Positions 13,736-23,059 of a stretch of 64,000 nt of DNA are shown in pieces (positions within the stretch are counted from its first letter, which is position 1; every line of letters starts with the position of its first letter). The stretch comes from an uncultured Chloroflexia bacterium (lineage in GTDB: Bacteria; Chloroflexota; Limnocylindria; Limnocylindrales; CSP1-4). The translations under genes were made by a program, and so were the position numbers. Below the pieces are notes generated by a model. The model saw nothing but the letters and a program-made list of their open reading frames with translations, had not been told where the DNA came from and searched no databases. Where the stretch lies: assembly GCA_963749705.1 (NCBI GenBank), contig CAVVNQ010000007.1, positions 128,001 through 192,000 on the forward strand, given 5' to 3'.

Positions 13736-15142
13736 GTGACGATCGACGATTCGGACCGCGCGCTGCTGCGCCGGGCCCCCCTGTTCGCGGAGCTGTCGGA
13801 GGAGGACCTCACCGGGGTCGCCGACACCGGCGAGCCCGTGGAGCTGGCCCCGGGTGAGCAGCTGGCCGGCGAGGGCGAGCCGGGCGACGCGATGTTCGTG
13901 ATCGTGTCGGGTGAGCTCCAGGTGGTGAAGCGATCGCGAACCTCCGAGGTTCCGATCGCGGTCCTGGGGCCCGGCGAGATCGTGGGCGAGATGGCGATCT
14001 TCGAGGCCCAGCCGCGAAATGCCACGGTCCGCGCCGTCGAGCAGACCCGGGTCGTCCGCATCGCCCGCGACGAGATCCTCGCGATCCTGCAGACCCGGCC
14101 GTCGGTGACCCTGTCGATGCTGCGCACGATGATGGGCCGGCTGCGCAACACGGAGTCGATGCTCCGCGAGCAGGAGAAGCTGGCCGCGCTGGGCACCCTG
14201 TCCGCGGGGCTCGCCCACGAGCTGAACAACCCAGCGGCCGCCGTGCAGCGCAGCGCCGCCCTCCTCGAGGACGGCCTCGACCGCTGGGCAGATGCCACCA
14301 GCGCGCTGGGAACCGTCGTCGACGACCAGCGGGATGCGGCGAATCTTGCGGACCTCGGTGCCCAGGTGGCGCGGCACGCCACGACGGGCGAGGCGCTGGA
14401 TCCGCTCGACGCCAGCGACCGTGCCTGGGAGCTGGAGACGTTCCTCGCCGACCGTGGCGTGGCCGATGCGGGCGACCTCGCCCCGGCCCTCGTGAGCGGG
14501 GGCTGGGAGCGATCGCACCTGGAGCGCATCGAGGCCGAGTTCTCGGCCGAGGCACTCGGTCCGATCCTGTCCTGGGTCGCCGCCGGGAGCGCGGTCCACG
14601 CGCTCGTGGACGAGGTCGCGACCGGCGCCCGGCGCATCTCCGAGATCGTCAAGGCGGTCAAGGAGTACTCGTTCATGGACCAGGCCCCGGTCCAGCAGCT
14701 GGATGTCCGGTCCGGGCTGGACAACACGCTGGTCATCCTTCGGGCCAAGACCAAGGCGGGGATCACCATCACGCGCGACTACCAGCCGGACCTGCCCCAG
14801 ATCGAGGCGTTCGGCAGCGAGCTCAACCAGGTCTGGACGAACATCCTGGACAACGCGATCGGCGCCATGGACGGACACGGCGAGATCCGGATCCGGGCGT
14901 ACGTGCGCGACACCGACCTGGTGGTCGAGATCTGCGACAACGGGCCGGGCATGCCGCCCGAGGTCCGGGCGCGGATCTTCGAGCCGTTCTACACGACCAA
15001 GCCACCGGGCAGCGGGACCGGGCTCGGGCTCCACATCTCGCACAACGTCGTCGCCCGCCACGGCGGCCGGATCAACGTGCGGTCGAAGCCCGGCGAGACG
15101 TGCTTCGAGGTCTGCCTGCCCCTGGAGCGTCGCAAGAGCTGA
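13736..15142 (+). CDS. Cyclic-nucleotide-binding domain sensor histidine kinase
   Basis: GEIVGEMA and PRNATV cNMP domain; AHELNNP H-box, NQVWTNILDNA, DNGPG, FYTTK, GTGLGL. Confidence 0.88.
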   Translation: MTIDDSDRALLRRAPLFAELSEEDLTGVADTGEPVELAPGEQLAGEGEPGDAMFVIVSGELQVVKRSRTSEVPIAVLGPGEIVGEMAIFEAQPRNATVRAVEQTRVVRIARDEILAILQTRPSVTLSMLRTMMGRLRNTESMLREQEKLAALGTLSAGLAHELNNPAAAVQRSAALLEDGLDRWADATSALGTVVDDQRDAANLADLGAQVARHATTGEALDPLDASDRAWELETFLADRGVADAGDLAPALVSGGWERSHLERIEAEFSAEALGPILSWVAAGSAVHALVDEVATGARRISEIVKAVKEYSFMDQAPVQQLDVRSGLDNTLVILRAKTKAGITITRDYQPDLPQIEAFGSELNQVWTNILDNAIGAMDGHGEIRIRAYVRDTDLVVEICDNGPGMPPEVRARIFEPFYTTKPPGSGTGLGLHISHNVVARHGGRINVRSKPGETCFEVCLPLERRKS

Positions 15143-15224
15143 GCGGCGTCCCCGTCGGGGGCATGGACGTCGGGTCGGGACGGTCGCCGGCGCCGCCCAC
15201 CGGAATCGAGCGCCGCCCGGACCG

Positions 15225-16388
15225 TCAGCCGTCCGGCTGGCCGCGCACCCTGCGGCTGACCTGCTGGACCGCGAGGTATCGCTCGCGCTCGATCCCCTCG
15301 GGCACGCCGCCGCCGTCCATGAACACGAAGCGGCCCCGGTCGCCGGCGATCTCGACGGACTGGCGCAGCCCCGCCTCGATCTCGTCGAGCCCCCGCTCGT
15401 ACAGGAACTTGTCGATCCCGCCACCGACCAGGGTCAGCCGCGGATGCCGCTCCCGGATCGCGGCCAGGTCCATCCCGTCGGTCCGGTCGACGGGGTTGAG
15501 CATGTCCACGCCGGTCCCGACGATGTCGTCGAGGATGGCGTTGATGTTGCCGTGGCAGTGCATGTGGAGCACGCCGCCCGCGGCGTGGACCTCCTCGGCC
15601 AGCGCCCGGTGCCAGGGCAGGAAGTAGCGGCGGTAGAGCTCCGGGCTGAGCAGCAGGTTCGCGCTCGCGCCAAGGTCGTCGCAGAACCCGATGCAGTCGA
15701 CCCCGGCCTCCAGCATGTGGCGCGCGGCGCGCTGGTTCCAGTCACCGAGGCGTGCCAGCAGGCGCTCCGCGAGCTCGGGTTCGAGCAGCAGGTTCGCGAG
15801 CCAGTCCTGGTAGTCGCAGAAGAAGTAGTGGCCACCAGAGAAGTAGCCGTTGACCCAGCCGACCGTGTACTCGCCGGCGGCCTTGAGGTACGCGACATCG
15901 GCCGCGAAGCCCTGCCATCGGGCCGGGTCGTCGGGATCGGGCAGCTCCAGCCGGTCAAGGTCGTCGAGCGTCGTGACCGGGCGCACGAGCTGGTGCTTGT
16001 ACTGGGGTGTGACGTTGTGAAGGTCCCGGGCGCCGGTCTCGTACTCGACCACGAACGAACCCGGGGAACGATCCACGACCCGGCTGTTGAACTCGCCCGG
16101 CCCCGCGTGCCCGAAGCAGAAGTTCGCACCCCGCCCGACCCCGGTCGCGACCTGGTCGGTGAAGCGGTTGTAGCCGATCACCGTGTCCAGCTCCGCGGGC
16201 TCGTGGGCCTCGAAGCCGTACACGCCATCCGGGGGGATGTAGTAGAGGTCCGGCGCAGCAAGCTCGGGTGGCACGAGCCGGCGGGCATCCGCCTCGGTGT
16301 TGAACCCGATGTTCCAGAACGGGATGTAGTCGGGTCGCTCTCCGGCCAGCGTCGCCGCCATCCGCTCACGATTGCTCAACGTTGGCAT
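15225..16388 (-). CDS. Uroporphyrinogen decarboxylase / MtaA-CmuA family methyltransferase-like protein
   Basis: MxxRER start, CDDLG, LLSPELYRRYFLP, MHCHGN, GVDMLNP, LVGG. Confidence 0.7.
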   Translation of the reverse strand: MPTLSNRERMAATLAGERPDYIPFWNIGFNTEADARRLVPPELAAPDLYYIPPDGVYGFEAHEPAELDTVIGYNRFTDQVATGVGRGANFCFGHAGPGEFNSRVVDRSPGSFVVEYETGARDLHNVTPQYKHQLVRPVTTLDDLDRLELPDPDDPARWQGFAADVAYLKAAGEYTVGWVNGYFSGGHYFFCDYQDWLANLLLEPELAERLLARLGDWNQRAARHMLEAGVDCIGFCDDLGASANLLLSPELYRRYFLPWHRALAEEVHAAGGVLHMHCHGNINAILDDIVGTGVDMLNPVDRTDGMDLAAIRERHPRLTLVGGGIDKFLYERGLDEIEAGLRQSVEIAGDRGRFVFMDGGGVPEGIERERYLAVQQVSRRVRGQPDG

Positions 16389-16542
16389 TCAGGCCTTCCC
16401 TCGGGTCGGGGAACGACCGGCCCATCACCGGTGGGGGCGCACCTCGAGTCTATCCGGTCGTGACGGCGCCCGGAAACGGGCCCGCGATCGACGTTGCGGC
16501 ATACTCAACCCCCACGTGGGCCCCCGAACGGAGAGAGCTGCC

Positions 16543-17133
16543 ATGACACGGGATGACGAGCGCCTGGTGCGCTCTCGGGAAGCACCGATCGTGGGCGGGT
16601 TGCCCGATGTCCCGGGCATCGTCGCGGCGATCCAGCTGACGCCTGGCCTCGGGCGCCACCTTCGCGGCCTGGCGGACGAGCTCCTGGTCAACGATTACCC
16701 GGGCACCACGCTCAGCCGGGCCGACCGGGAGATGCTGGCGACCGCCGTCTCCGCGGCCAATGACTGCTTCTTCTGCATGGACTCGCACGGCGCGCACGCG
16801 AGCGCGTTGCTCGAGCTGACGGGGACGCTGGACGGGCTGCCCCTGATCGACGTGCTCAAGGCCGGGTCGTCGGATGGGTTCGGCGACAAGATGCGGGCGC
16901 TGCTCCACATCGCGCGCACGGTGCGAGGCGAGGCCCGCCACCTGACGGCGGCCGACGTCAACGCGGCGATCGCGGCCGGCGCCACCGACGCCGACGTTCA
17001 GCTCGCGGTGCTCATCTCGGCCGCCTTCTCGATGTACAACCGGATGGTCGACGGGCTGCGAGCGAGGACCGCGCCAACCCCCGACGCCTACCGTGGTCGC
17101 GCGTCCGAGATCGCGGTCCGGGGCTACAGCTAG
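16543..17133 (+). CDS. Carboxymuconolactone decarboxylase / AhpD-like protein
   Basis: LSRADREMLATAVSAANDCFFCMDSH (CxxC...H), FSMYNRMVDGL. Confidence 0.8.
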   Translation: MTRDDERLVRSREAPIVGGLPDVPGIVAAIQLTPGLGRHLRGLADELLVNDYPGTTLSRADREMLATAVSAANDCFFCMDSHGAHASALLELTGTLDGLPLIDVLKAGSSDGFGDKMRALLHIARTVRGEARHLTAADVNAAIAAGATDADVQLAVLISAAFSMYNRMVDGLRARTAPTPDAYRGRASEIAVRGYS

Positions 17134-17160
17134 CAGCACGGATCGGGGCCGGGAGACGAG

Positions 17161-18749
17161 TTGACGAGCCGGACGGTCACCTTCGGCGGAACGAGCTACC
17201 CCCTCGTCCTGCCCACGATCCGCGATCCGCGCCTGCACGTCGCCGCGGTCATCATCACGATCCACGTCCTGGGGCAGGTCGGGCTCCACTTCCGGGTCAG
17301 CGTGCCCCAGATCCTGGCCGCGATCCTGACCTGCGCCGTGATCGAGGTCGTGCTGACGTTCAGGCTGAGCCGCGCGTTCGTGTGGCCGGCCAGCGCCATG
17401 CTCACGGGGAGCGGCGTCGCGCTCATCCTGCGTGTCGTCGGCACGCCGTTGGACAGCCCCTGGGCGACCAACGACCTGTGGGTGTTCGCCGTCGTGGCCG
17501 GGCTGTCGCTGCTGTCCAAGTACGTGATCCGCTACCGCGGCTCGCACGTGTTCAACCCGTCCAACCTCGGGCTGGTCGCGGCGTTCGTGGTCCTGGGCAG
17601 CGGGCGCGTGGAGCCGCTCGACTTCTGGTGGGCGCCGCTCGACGCCTGGATGCTGGCCGCCTACGCGGTGATCCTGGTGGGCGGGCTGCTGATCACGCGG
17701 CGGCTCCACCTGCTCCTGATGGCCGCGGCCTTCTGGGTCGCCCTCGCGGCCGGCGTCGGGCTGCTGGCCGCCTCGGGGCACTGCATGACCGCCAACTGGG
17801 CGTTCGCACCGGTCTGCGGCGGCGACTTCGTGCGCGTGATCCTCACCTCACCCGAGGTGCTGATCTTCCTGCTGTTCATGATCACGGACCCCAAGACCGT
17901 GCCGGCGAGCCGGGTCGGGCGCGTCCTGTTCGGCGTTGCTGGTCGCCGCCGCGAGCACGCTGCTCATCGCACCCCAGACCAACGAGTTCGGGACCAAGGT
18001 CGGCCTGCTCGCGAGGCCTCGTGCTCGTGTGCGCGGTGCGACCGCTCCTTGATCGCGTGCTGCCCGAGCCGCGCTCGGCCGCCGACCGGCTGGTCCCGTT
18101 CGCGACCCGCGTGGTGCGGGGCAGCAGCGCGGGCGTGGGGCTCGCCCGCAGCGCGCTCCGCGCAGGGTTGATCGTGGCCGCGACGCTCGGTCTCGGCGTC
18201 GGGATCGTTGCCGCGGGGACGCCTGCCCGTGAGCCCGCGGCGCCCGACACCGGCGAGCTGCTCAACGGCGTGCCGCATGCCATCGATCCGGCCACGCTGC
18301 CCGTGATCACCGTCGACGTCCCGGCCTGGGACGAGACGATCGCCGCACCGGTGGCGCAGGGGATCCTGGTCACCCTGGGCGAGGACCTCGAGCTCGAGAA
18401 CCAGGCGCTGCTGCGCTCGGACCCGGACATCCTCACGGCCGTGGATCACGGCGACCGGCTCAAGGAGATGCAGGGCCGGCTCGAGGATGCGGTGACGTCC
18501 GGCCGGGCGGCGATCGCGCACTATCACTTCGACTCGGTCCACGTCGTCGTCATCGCGCCGTTCGGCGTCCAGACCGGGGGCAGCATCGGGTTCGAGTCGA
18601 CGGGCACGGTGACGACGGAGACGTACGACGCGAGCGGAGCGCTGGTCGACCGGCAGGCGTCGCCGTTCGCGCTCACGTTCGCGGTCCGCCGTGCGCTCGG
18701 TGACCGCTGGATGATCGTGGCGGTGCAGCCGAACGGCACGCTCGGCTGA
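17161..18749 (+). CDS. Polytopic membrane protein, RnfD/NqrB-like (UnbU-like) N-terminus with a soluble C-terminal domain (two apparent +1 frameshifts near 17937 and 18014)
   Basis: DPR, LSKY, HVFNPSNLG, FMITDPKT motifs; reading continues LVAAASTLLIAPQTNEFGTKVGLL, then in the 17382..18749 frame. Confidence 0.6.
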
Positions 18750-18832
18750 AGCGGAGGCCGACGGCGCCGACCCGCAGGGGCAGCAGGTCCGGATGCCCTA
18801 GGTACGGGCCGCACCCGGGACACCCTCACGCG

Positions 18833-18860
18833 GAGGCCGCCGGCTACTGCCGGCGGCCTC
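18833..18860. terminator. Perfect 12-bp GC hairpin between convergent genes
   Basis: GAGGCCGCCGGC-TACT-GCCGGCGGCCTC; no U-tract. Confidence 0.55.
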
Positions 18861-18895
18861 GAGCCCGGGTACTCGGCGTCAGCGGTCAGGAGCGG

Positions 18896-19345
18896 TCACG
18901 ACGACTGCGCGGACGCGACGTCCCTTGCGCCGAGGCCTTCGGCCGACGCTGTGCGGCCCGCTCGTCGCTGGCGCACCAGCTCCAGCCCGAGTCCGGCCGC
19001 GATGACGGCCTGCGGGACGGCGGCAACGAGCGAGTCGGACTCCCCCCAGCTGAACGAGACCACCCGGACGACCGTCTCGATGGTGAAGTGGGCGACGAGC
19101 AGGATCGTCACCAGGCGGATGGCAGTCCACGATCCCGAACGCAGGGCAATGCCCACGACGATGGTCTCGGCCAGCAGGGTGGAGCTTCCGACCCGGATGA
19201 TCGCGAGAACGCGCTCGGGGGCGTCGAGCCCCATCCGCTCCAGCACCGCTCCGGGTACGACGGCAAAGGCGAGCCCGAGCGCTCCCAGCAGAACCATCGC
19301 CGCCAACAGCCACGCTCGATGCATCATGCTGATCCGGTGGGTCAT
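18896..19345 (-). CDS. Small membrane protein (about 4 TM), divergent from TetR
   Basis: Hydrophobic segments; GGGAG RBS upstream of the ATG. Confidence 0.6.
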   Translation of the reverse strand: MTHRISMMHRAWLLAAMVLLGALGLAFAVVPGAVLERMGLDAPERVLAIIRVGSSTLLAETIVVGIALRSGSWTAIRLVTILLVAHFTIETVVRVVSFSWGESDSLVAAVPQAVIAAGLGLELVRQRRAGRTASAEGLGARDVASAQSS

Positions 19346-19424
19346 GAGGTGCTCCCTTGTGCTGCTGTGGACTGTCGATCCATGATCTATACTATGAGTA
19401 CAAGATTGGAGTCTGTCAACCCAG

Positions 19425-20027
19425 ATGAACCTGAGGGAGCAACAGGCCGAGGCCGCACGGGCGCTCATCCGGCGAGGAGCGTTCGCGGCCTTCCTCGACC
19501 ATGGGTACGTCGGGACGACCATGGCCGACATCGCCGTGCGATCGGGCGTCGCCCGACAGACGGTCTACAACCTGTTCGAGTCGAAGGCGGCCCTGCTCCT
19601 GGCGGTGATCGAGGACCGGGTCATCGGGGCCGACGTGCGGTCGCAGGCGGACGACCACGCGGCCGTCCTCGGGGCAACGGAACCTCAGGCGATGATCGAC
19701 GGGCTCGTGGCAGCGACCATCGGCGTGGGGGAGCGAACCCTGGACGTGTACCGGATCGCACTCGAGGCGGCCGTCGTCGACACCGCCGTGGCTGACCATC
19801 TCGAACGCAACGAGCGTGACAGGCACGACGCCCAGGCGTTCTTCGTCGACGCCCTTGCGAGCAAGGGATTCCTGCGCGCGGATGTTCCAGTCGCCGACCT
19901 CAAGCGAGGCTTCTGGTTGCTCACCGCGCCGAAGACGATGGTCACGGCCATCGACGCGGGTTGGAGCCTTGACCAATACGGTGCGTGGCTGAGACACACG
20001 GTCGCCGGACTCCTGCTGCGGCCCTAG
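19425..20027 (+). CDS. TetR/AcrR family regulator
   Basis: GYVGTTMADIAVRSGVARQTVYNLFESKAALL HTH. Confidence 0.9.
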   Translation: MNLREQQAEAARALIRRGAFAAFLDHGYVGTTMADIAVRSGVARQTVYNLFESKAALLLAVIEDRVIGADVRSQADDHAAVLGATEPQAMIDGLVAATIGVGERTLDVYRIALEAAVVDTAVADHLERNERDRHDAQAFFVDALASKGFLRADVPVADLKRGFWLLTAPKTMVTAIDAGWSLDQYGAWLRHTVAGLLLRP

Positions 20028-20053
20028 CCACCATCCGACGCGCGCCTCGGATG

Positions 20054-20125
20054 CGTCGGGACCGCCAGCTCCGCCGGCAGGTAGGCCATCAGGAGGTACT
20101 TGCCGACCGATGGCCCGGCGCCCGC
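20054..20125 (-). pseudogene. Isolated fragment of a GcvT-family C-terminal domain
   Basis: Translates to AGAGPSVGKYLLMAYLPAELAVPT; 20068-20125 matches 42691-42748 at 53/58 nt. Confidence 0.7.
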
Positions 20126-20140
20126 CAAGGGACCGCCGCG

Positions 20141-20821
20141 TCAGGCGCGATCCCGGGCCCGCTCGAGGCCGTCGAGGATCAGGGCGAGTCCGTACTCGAA
20201 CTCGGCGCCGTAGTCGTAGCCGGGCTGCAGCACGTGCTCGACCGTCAGCTCGGCCAGGTGCGGGTACCGCTCGGCCGGCAGCTGCTGGAGGAGGTGGGCG
20301 GCCGCCGCGGCCGCCTGGTCCGGACTATCCAGGGGCATGGCTCGCTGCTGCAGCGCAAAGCCGTAGATGTGGCTGTCGATCGCGGAGTACGCGTGCGCGG
20401 CCAGCGCGATCGAGAAGCCGTCCTCCCGGAGGCTCCGGATCACCGCGTCGTGATGCTCCAGCGTGGCCGGCCCCGGATTGGCCCGAGACTCCATCAGGCT
20501 CGTGGCCCACGGGTGCCGTTCCAGCACCGCGAGCGCCGAGATCGCCCGTTGGCGCATGGCCGTCTTCCAGCCGACACCGCCCGGCGGGAGGCCGATCTCG
20601 CCGAACACGAGGTCCACCATGCCGTCGAGCAGGTCCTCCTTGTTGGCGACGTGGTTGTACAACGACATCGCCTCGACCCCGAGCACGGCGGCCAGCTTGC
20701 GCATCGAGAGCGCTTCGATCCCGCCGGCGTCCGCGAGCGCGATCGCGCTCCGCACCACGCGGTCCCGGCTCAGTCGGGTACGGGACCCGTCGTCCGGGCC
20801 AGCCTGACTCCCTGGCTCCAT
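20141..20821 (-). CDS. TetR family regulator with TetR_C-type domain
   Basis: [46 protein letters not shown]. Confidence 0.9.
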   Translation of the reverse strand: MEPGSQAGPDDGSRTRLSRDRVVRSAIALADAGGIEALSMRKLAAVLGVEAMSLYNHVANKEDLLDGMVDLVFGEIGLPPGGVGWKTAMRQRAISALAVLERHPWATSLMESRANPGPATLEHHDAVIRSLREDGFSIALAAHAYSAIDSHIYGFALQQRAMPLDSPDQAAAAAAHLLQQLPAERYPHLAELTVEHVLQPGYDYGAEFEYGLALILDGLERARDRA

Positions 20822-20862
20822 GGTCGATCTCCGTGGTCATCCGCCGGACGGCGATCCGGGCG

Positions 20863-20915
20863 TTGACAAACTTACACCGTATGTATACGGTAACGCCAGT
20901 ACTTACAGCGTAAGT
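20863..20915 (+). promoter_or_regulatory. Sigma70-type promoter with two TetR-type operators
   Basis: TTGACA 20863-20868, 17 bp, TACGGT 20886-20891; palindrome ACTTAC-AGC-GTAAGT 20901-20915 and imperfect copy ACTTAC-ACC-GTATGT 20870-20884. Confidence 0.7.
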
Positions 20916-20940
20916 CGTCGTCCACCTGAAGGAGGGACCC

Positions 20941-21664
20941 ATGCACGCACCCAAGCGCCTCGCGAGAACCGCCGGGCTCCTGTACCTGATCGTCGCCATC
21001 TTCGGCGGCTTCGCCCAGTTCGGCGTTCGGATGCAGGTCTACGTCGCCGGCGACGCCGCGACCACCGCCGAGAACGTCGTGGCGAATGCCGGGCTCGTGC
21101 GTGATGGGCGTGGTCGCCGACCTGCTCCAGGCAACCGTCTTCCTGTTCCTTGCGATGACGCTGTACCTGCTGCTCCAGGAGGTGAGCCGGAACTCGGCGC
21201 GGGCGATGGTGATCCTGGTCGCGATCGCGACGACCATGATGTGCCTGGTCGTGGGGTTTCAGTTCGCCGCCCTGCTGGTCGCGACGGACCCGTCGTACGC
21301 GACGGCCTTTGGCACGGCCGGGTCCAGCGCGCTGGTGCTGCTCCTGCTCGACCTCCAGCACTACGGGTTCCTCATCGCCCAGATCTTCTTCGGCCTGTGG
21401 CTGGTGCCGCTGGGATACCTCGCCTTCCGGTCCGGGATGTTCCCGCGGGCGCTGAGCGTCCTGCTGGTCGTGGGCGGCGCGTGCTACCTCGCGGACATGC
21501 TCGTGCTGTTCCTGGTCCCCGAGATCGGCGCCCGGATCAACGACGTCATCGTGATCCCGTCCACCATCGCCGAGCTGTGGATGATCGGCTACCTGCTGCT
21601 CAAGGGGATCCGGTCGCCGCGACGCGCGGGGGCCACGCCGGCGATGGCGCCTGCCGGCGCCTGA
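20941..21664 (+). CDS. DUF4386 family membrane protein (apparent +1 frameshift near 21102)
   Basis: ARTAGLLYL, DAATTAENV, IFFGLWLVPLGYL..RSGMFPR; AAGGAGG RBS. Confidence 0.75.
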
Positions 21665-21800
21665 GCGCCAGGCACTCCCGCCAGGTCCACGTCGCTCTCC
21701 GGCGGCGGCATCTCGATCGAGGCGGGCACGCAGGCCGATCCGGCCAGGGTGGTGGACGCGATCGATATGCTGGTCGTCACGGAAAGACAGGAGGTGCATC

Positions 21801-22421
21801 GTGAACGAGCAGGAAATCGGCCGCCGCGTGCGTGACAGCATCATCGGGACGATCAAGGGAACCGGGGAGATCACCGAGGTCACGGTCGCGACGCTGTCAT
21901 CCGCCGTCCAGCGCACCTTCAAGGAGGCCGGCACGGCCGGCTCCACCGCTGCCGATCTCGCCATCGGGGCCGTCAAGGGCACGATCCGCGCCGCCGGCGA
22001 CGTGGTCGGCGTCGGGGCGCAGACCGCCGCCGAGTCCGTCAGCGCGGCCGCCAGCGCAGCGGGCGTCGCGGCCGCCTCGATCGGCTACGCGGCCAAGGCC
22101 GCGGTCGTGGGCGGTGTCCGCGGTTCGTCCGAAGCCGGCGTGGAGACGCTCGAGGCGATCAGCCGCACCAGCCGGAGCGCGGTCGCCGAAGCCTCCGCCG
22201 TGGGTGCCGACGTCACGGCCGCCGCGGTGGGCGCGGTCGAGGGTGCGATCGAGATTGCCAAGGAGACCAGCGTCAGCGCGGAGGCGGCGGCGACGGCGGC
22301 CGCGACGGGCGCGATCGACGCGGCTGGCGACATCGGCGATGCCGCCGCAACGCGCGTCCGCAACTCCGTCCAGGGCACGATTCGTGGTGTGAAGGTCGTG
22401 CTCAAGACGCCGCTCGAATAG
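21801..22421 (+). CDS. Ala/Gly-rich hypothetical protein with imperfect repeats
   Basis: AGGAGG RBS before the GTG; recurring GAVKG / GAVEG / GAIDA units. Confidence 0.65.
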   Translation: MNEQEIGRRVRDSIIGTIKGTGEITEVTVATLSSAVQRTFKEAGTAGSTAADLAIGAVKGTIRAAGDVVGVGAQTAAESVSAAASAAGVAAASIGYAAKAAVVGGVRGSSEAGVETLEAISRTSRSAVAEASAVGADVTAAAVGAVEGAIEIAKETSVSAEAAATAAATGAIDAAGDIGDAAATRVRNSVQGTIRGVKVVLKTPLE

Positions 22422-22464
22422 GACTCGCGGCGCCGACCGCGTTCGTCGGCGCTACGATCCGGAC

Positions 22465-22995
22465 ATGATCGATCTCGTCATCACGCTTGTCGGTCCGGAC
22501 CACCCGGGCATCGTCGATTCGGTGTCGGAGGTCGTCGCCGCGCACGGCGGCAACTGGCTCGACAGCCGGATGGCGCACCTCGCGGGCAAGTTTGCCGGCG
22601 TGCTCCGCGTCGAGGTGGCCGACGAGCAGGTGGCGGCGCTCGAGGAGGCGCTGGGCCGTCTCGGGGGGAGCGGCCTGCGGGTCGTCGTCGAGCGCAGCGA
22701 ACTTGTCGAGGCGCCGCGGCTTCCCGCGAGGGAGATCGAGCTGCTCGGCCTCGACCGCCCGGGCCTGGTCCACGAGATCTCGGCCGTGCTCGCGGCGCAC
22801 GGGATCAACGTCGAGGAGCTGGCCACGGACCTGCCACCGGCTGCCCATTCCGGCGACCGCATGTTCCGCGCCCTGATCCGCGTGACCGTCCCCGAGGGTG
22901 CCGACCTGACCGCGGTCCGCCAGGGCCTGGAGCGGCTGGCCGGCGACCTGATGGTGGAGATCCACCTCGCCGATACCCCCGACGCCGGTCGCTGA
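22465..22995 (+). CDS. Double ACT-domain protein, GcvR-like
   Basis: GPDHPGIV, GGNWLDSRMAHLAGKFA, GLDRPGLV, GINVEEL. Confidence 0.8.
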   Translation: MIDLVITLVGPDHPGIVDSVSEVVAAHGGNWLDSRMAHLAGKFAGVLRVEVADEQVAALEEALGRLGGSGLRVVVERSELVEAPRLPAREIELLGLDRPGLVHEISAVLAAHGINVEELATDLPPAAHSGDRMFRALIRVTVPEGADLTAVRQGLERLAGDLMVEIHLADTPDAGR

Positions 22996-23059
22996 CGCGC
23001 GTCCCGGGCCGGCGCGATGGCCGATCGCGGTGGCCTCGGGGTCGGACATGGCACCCGGT

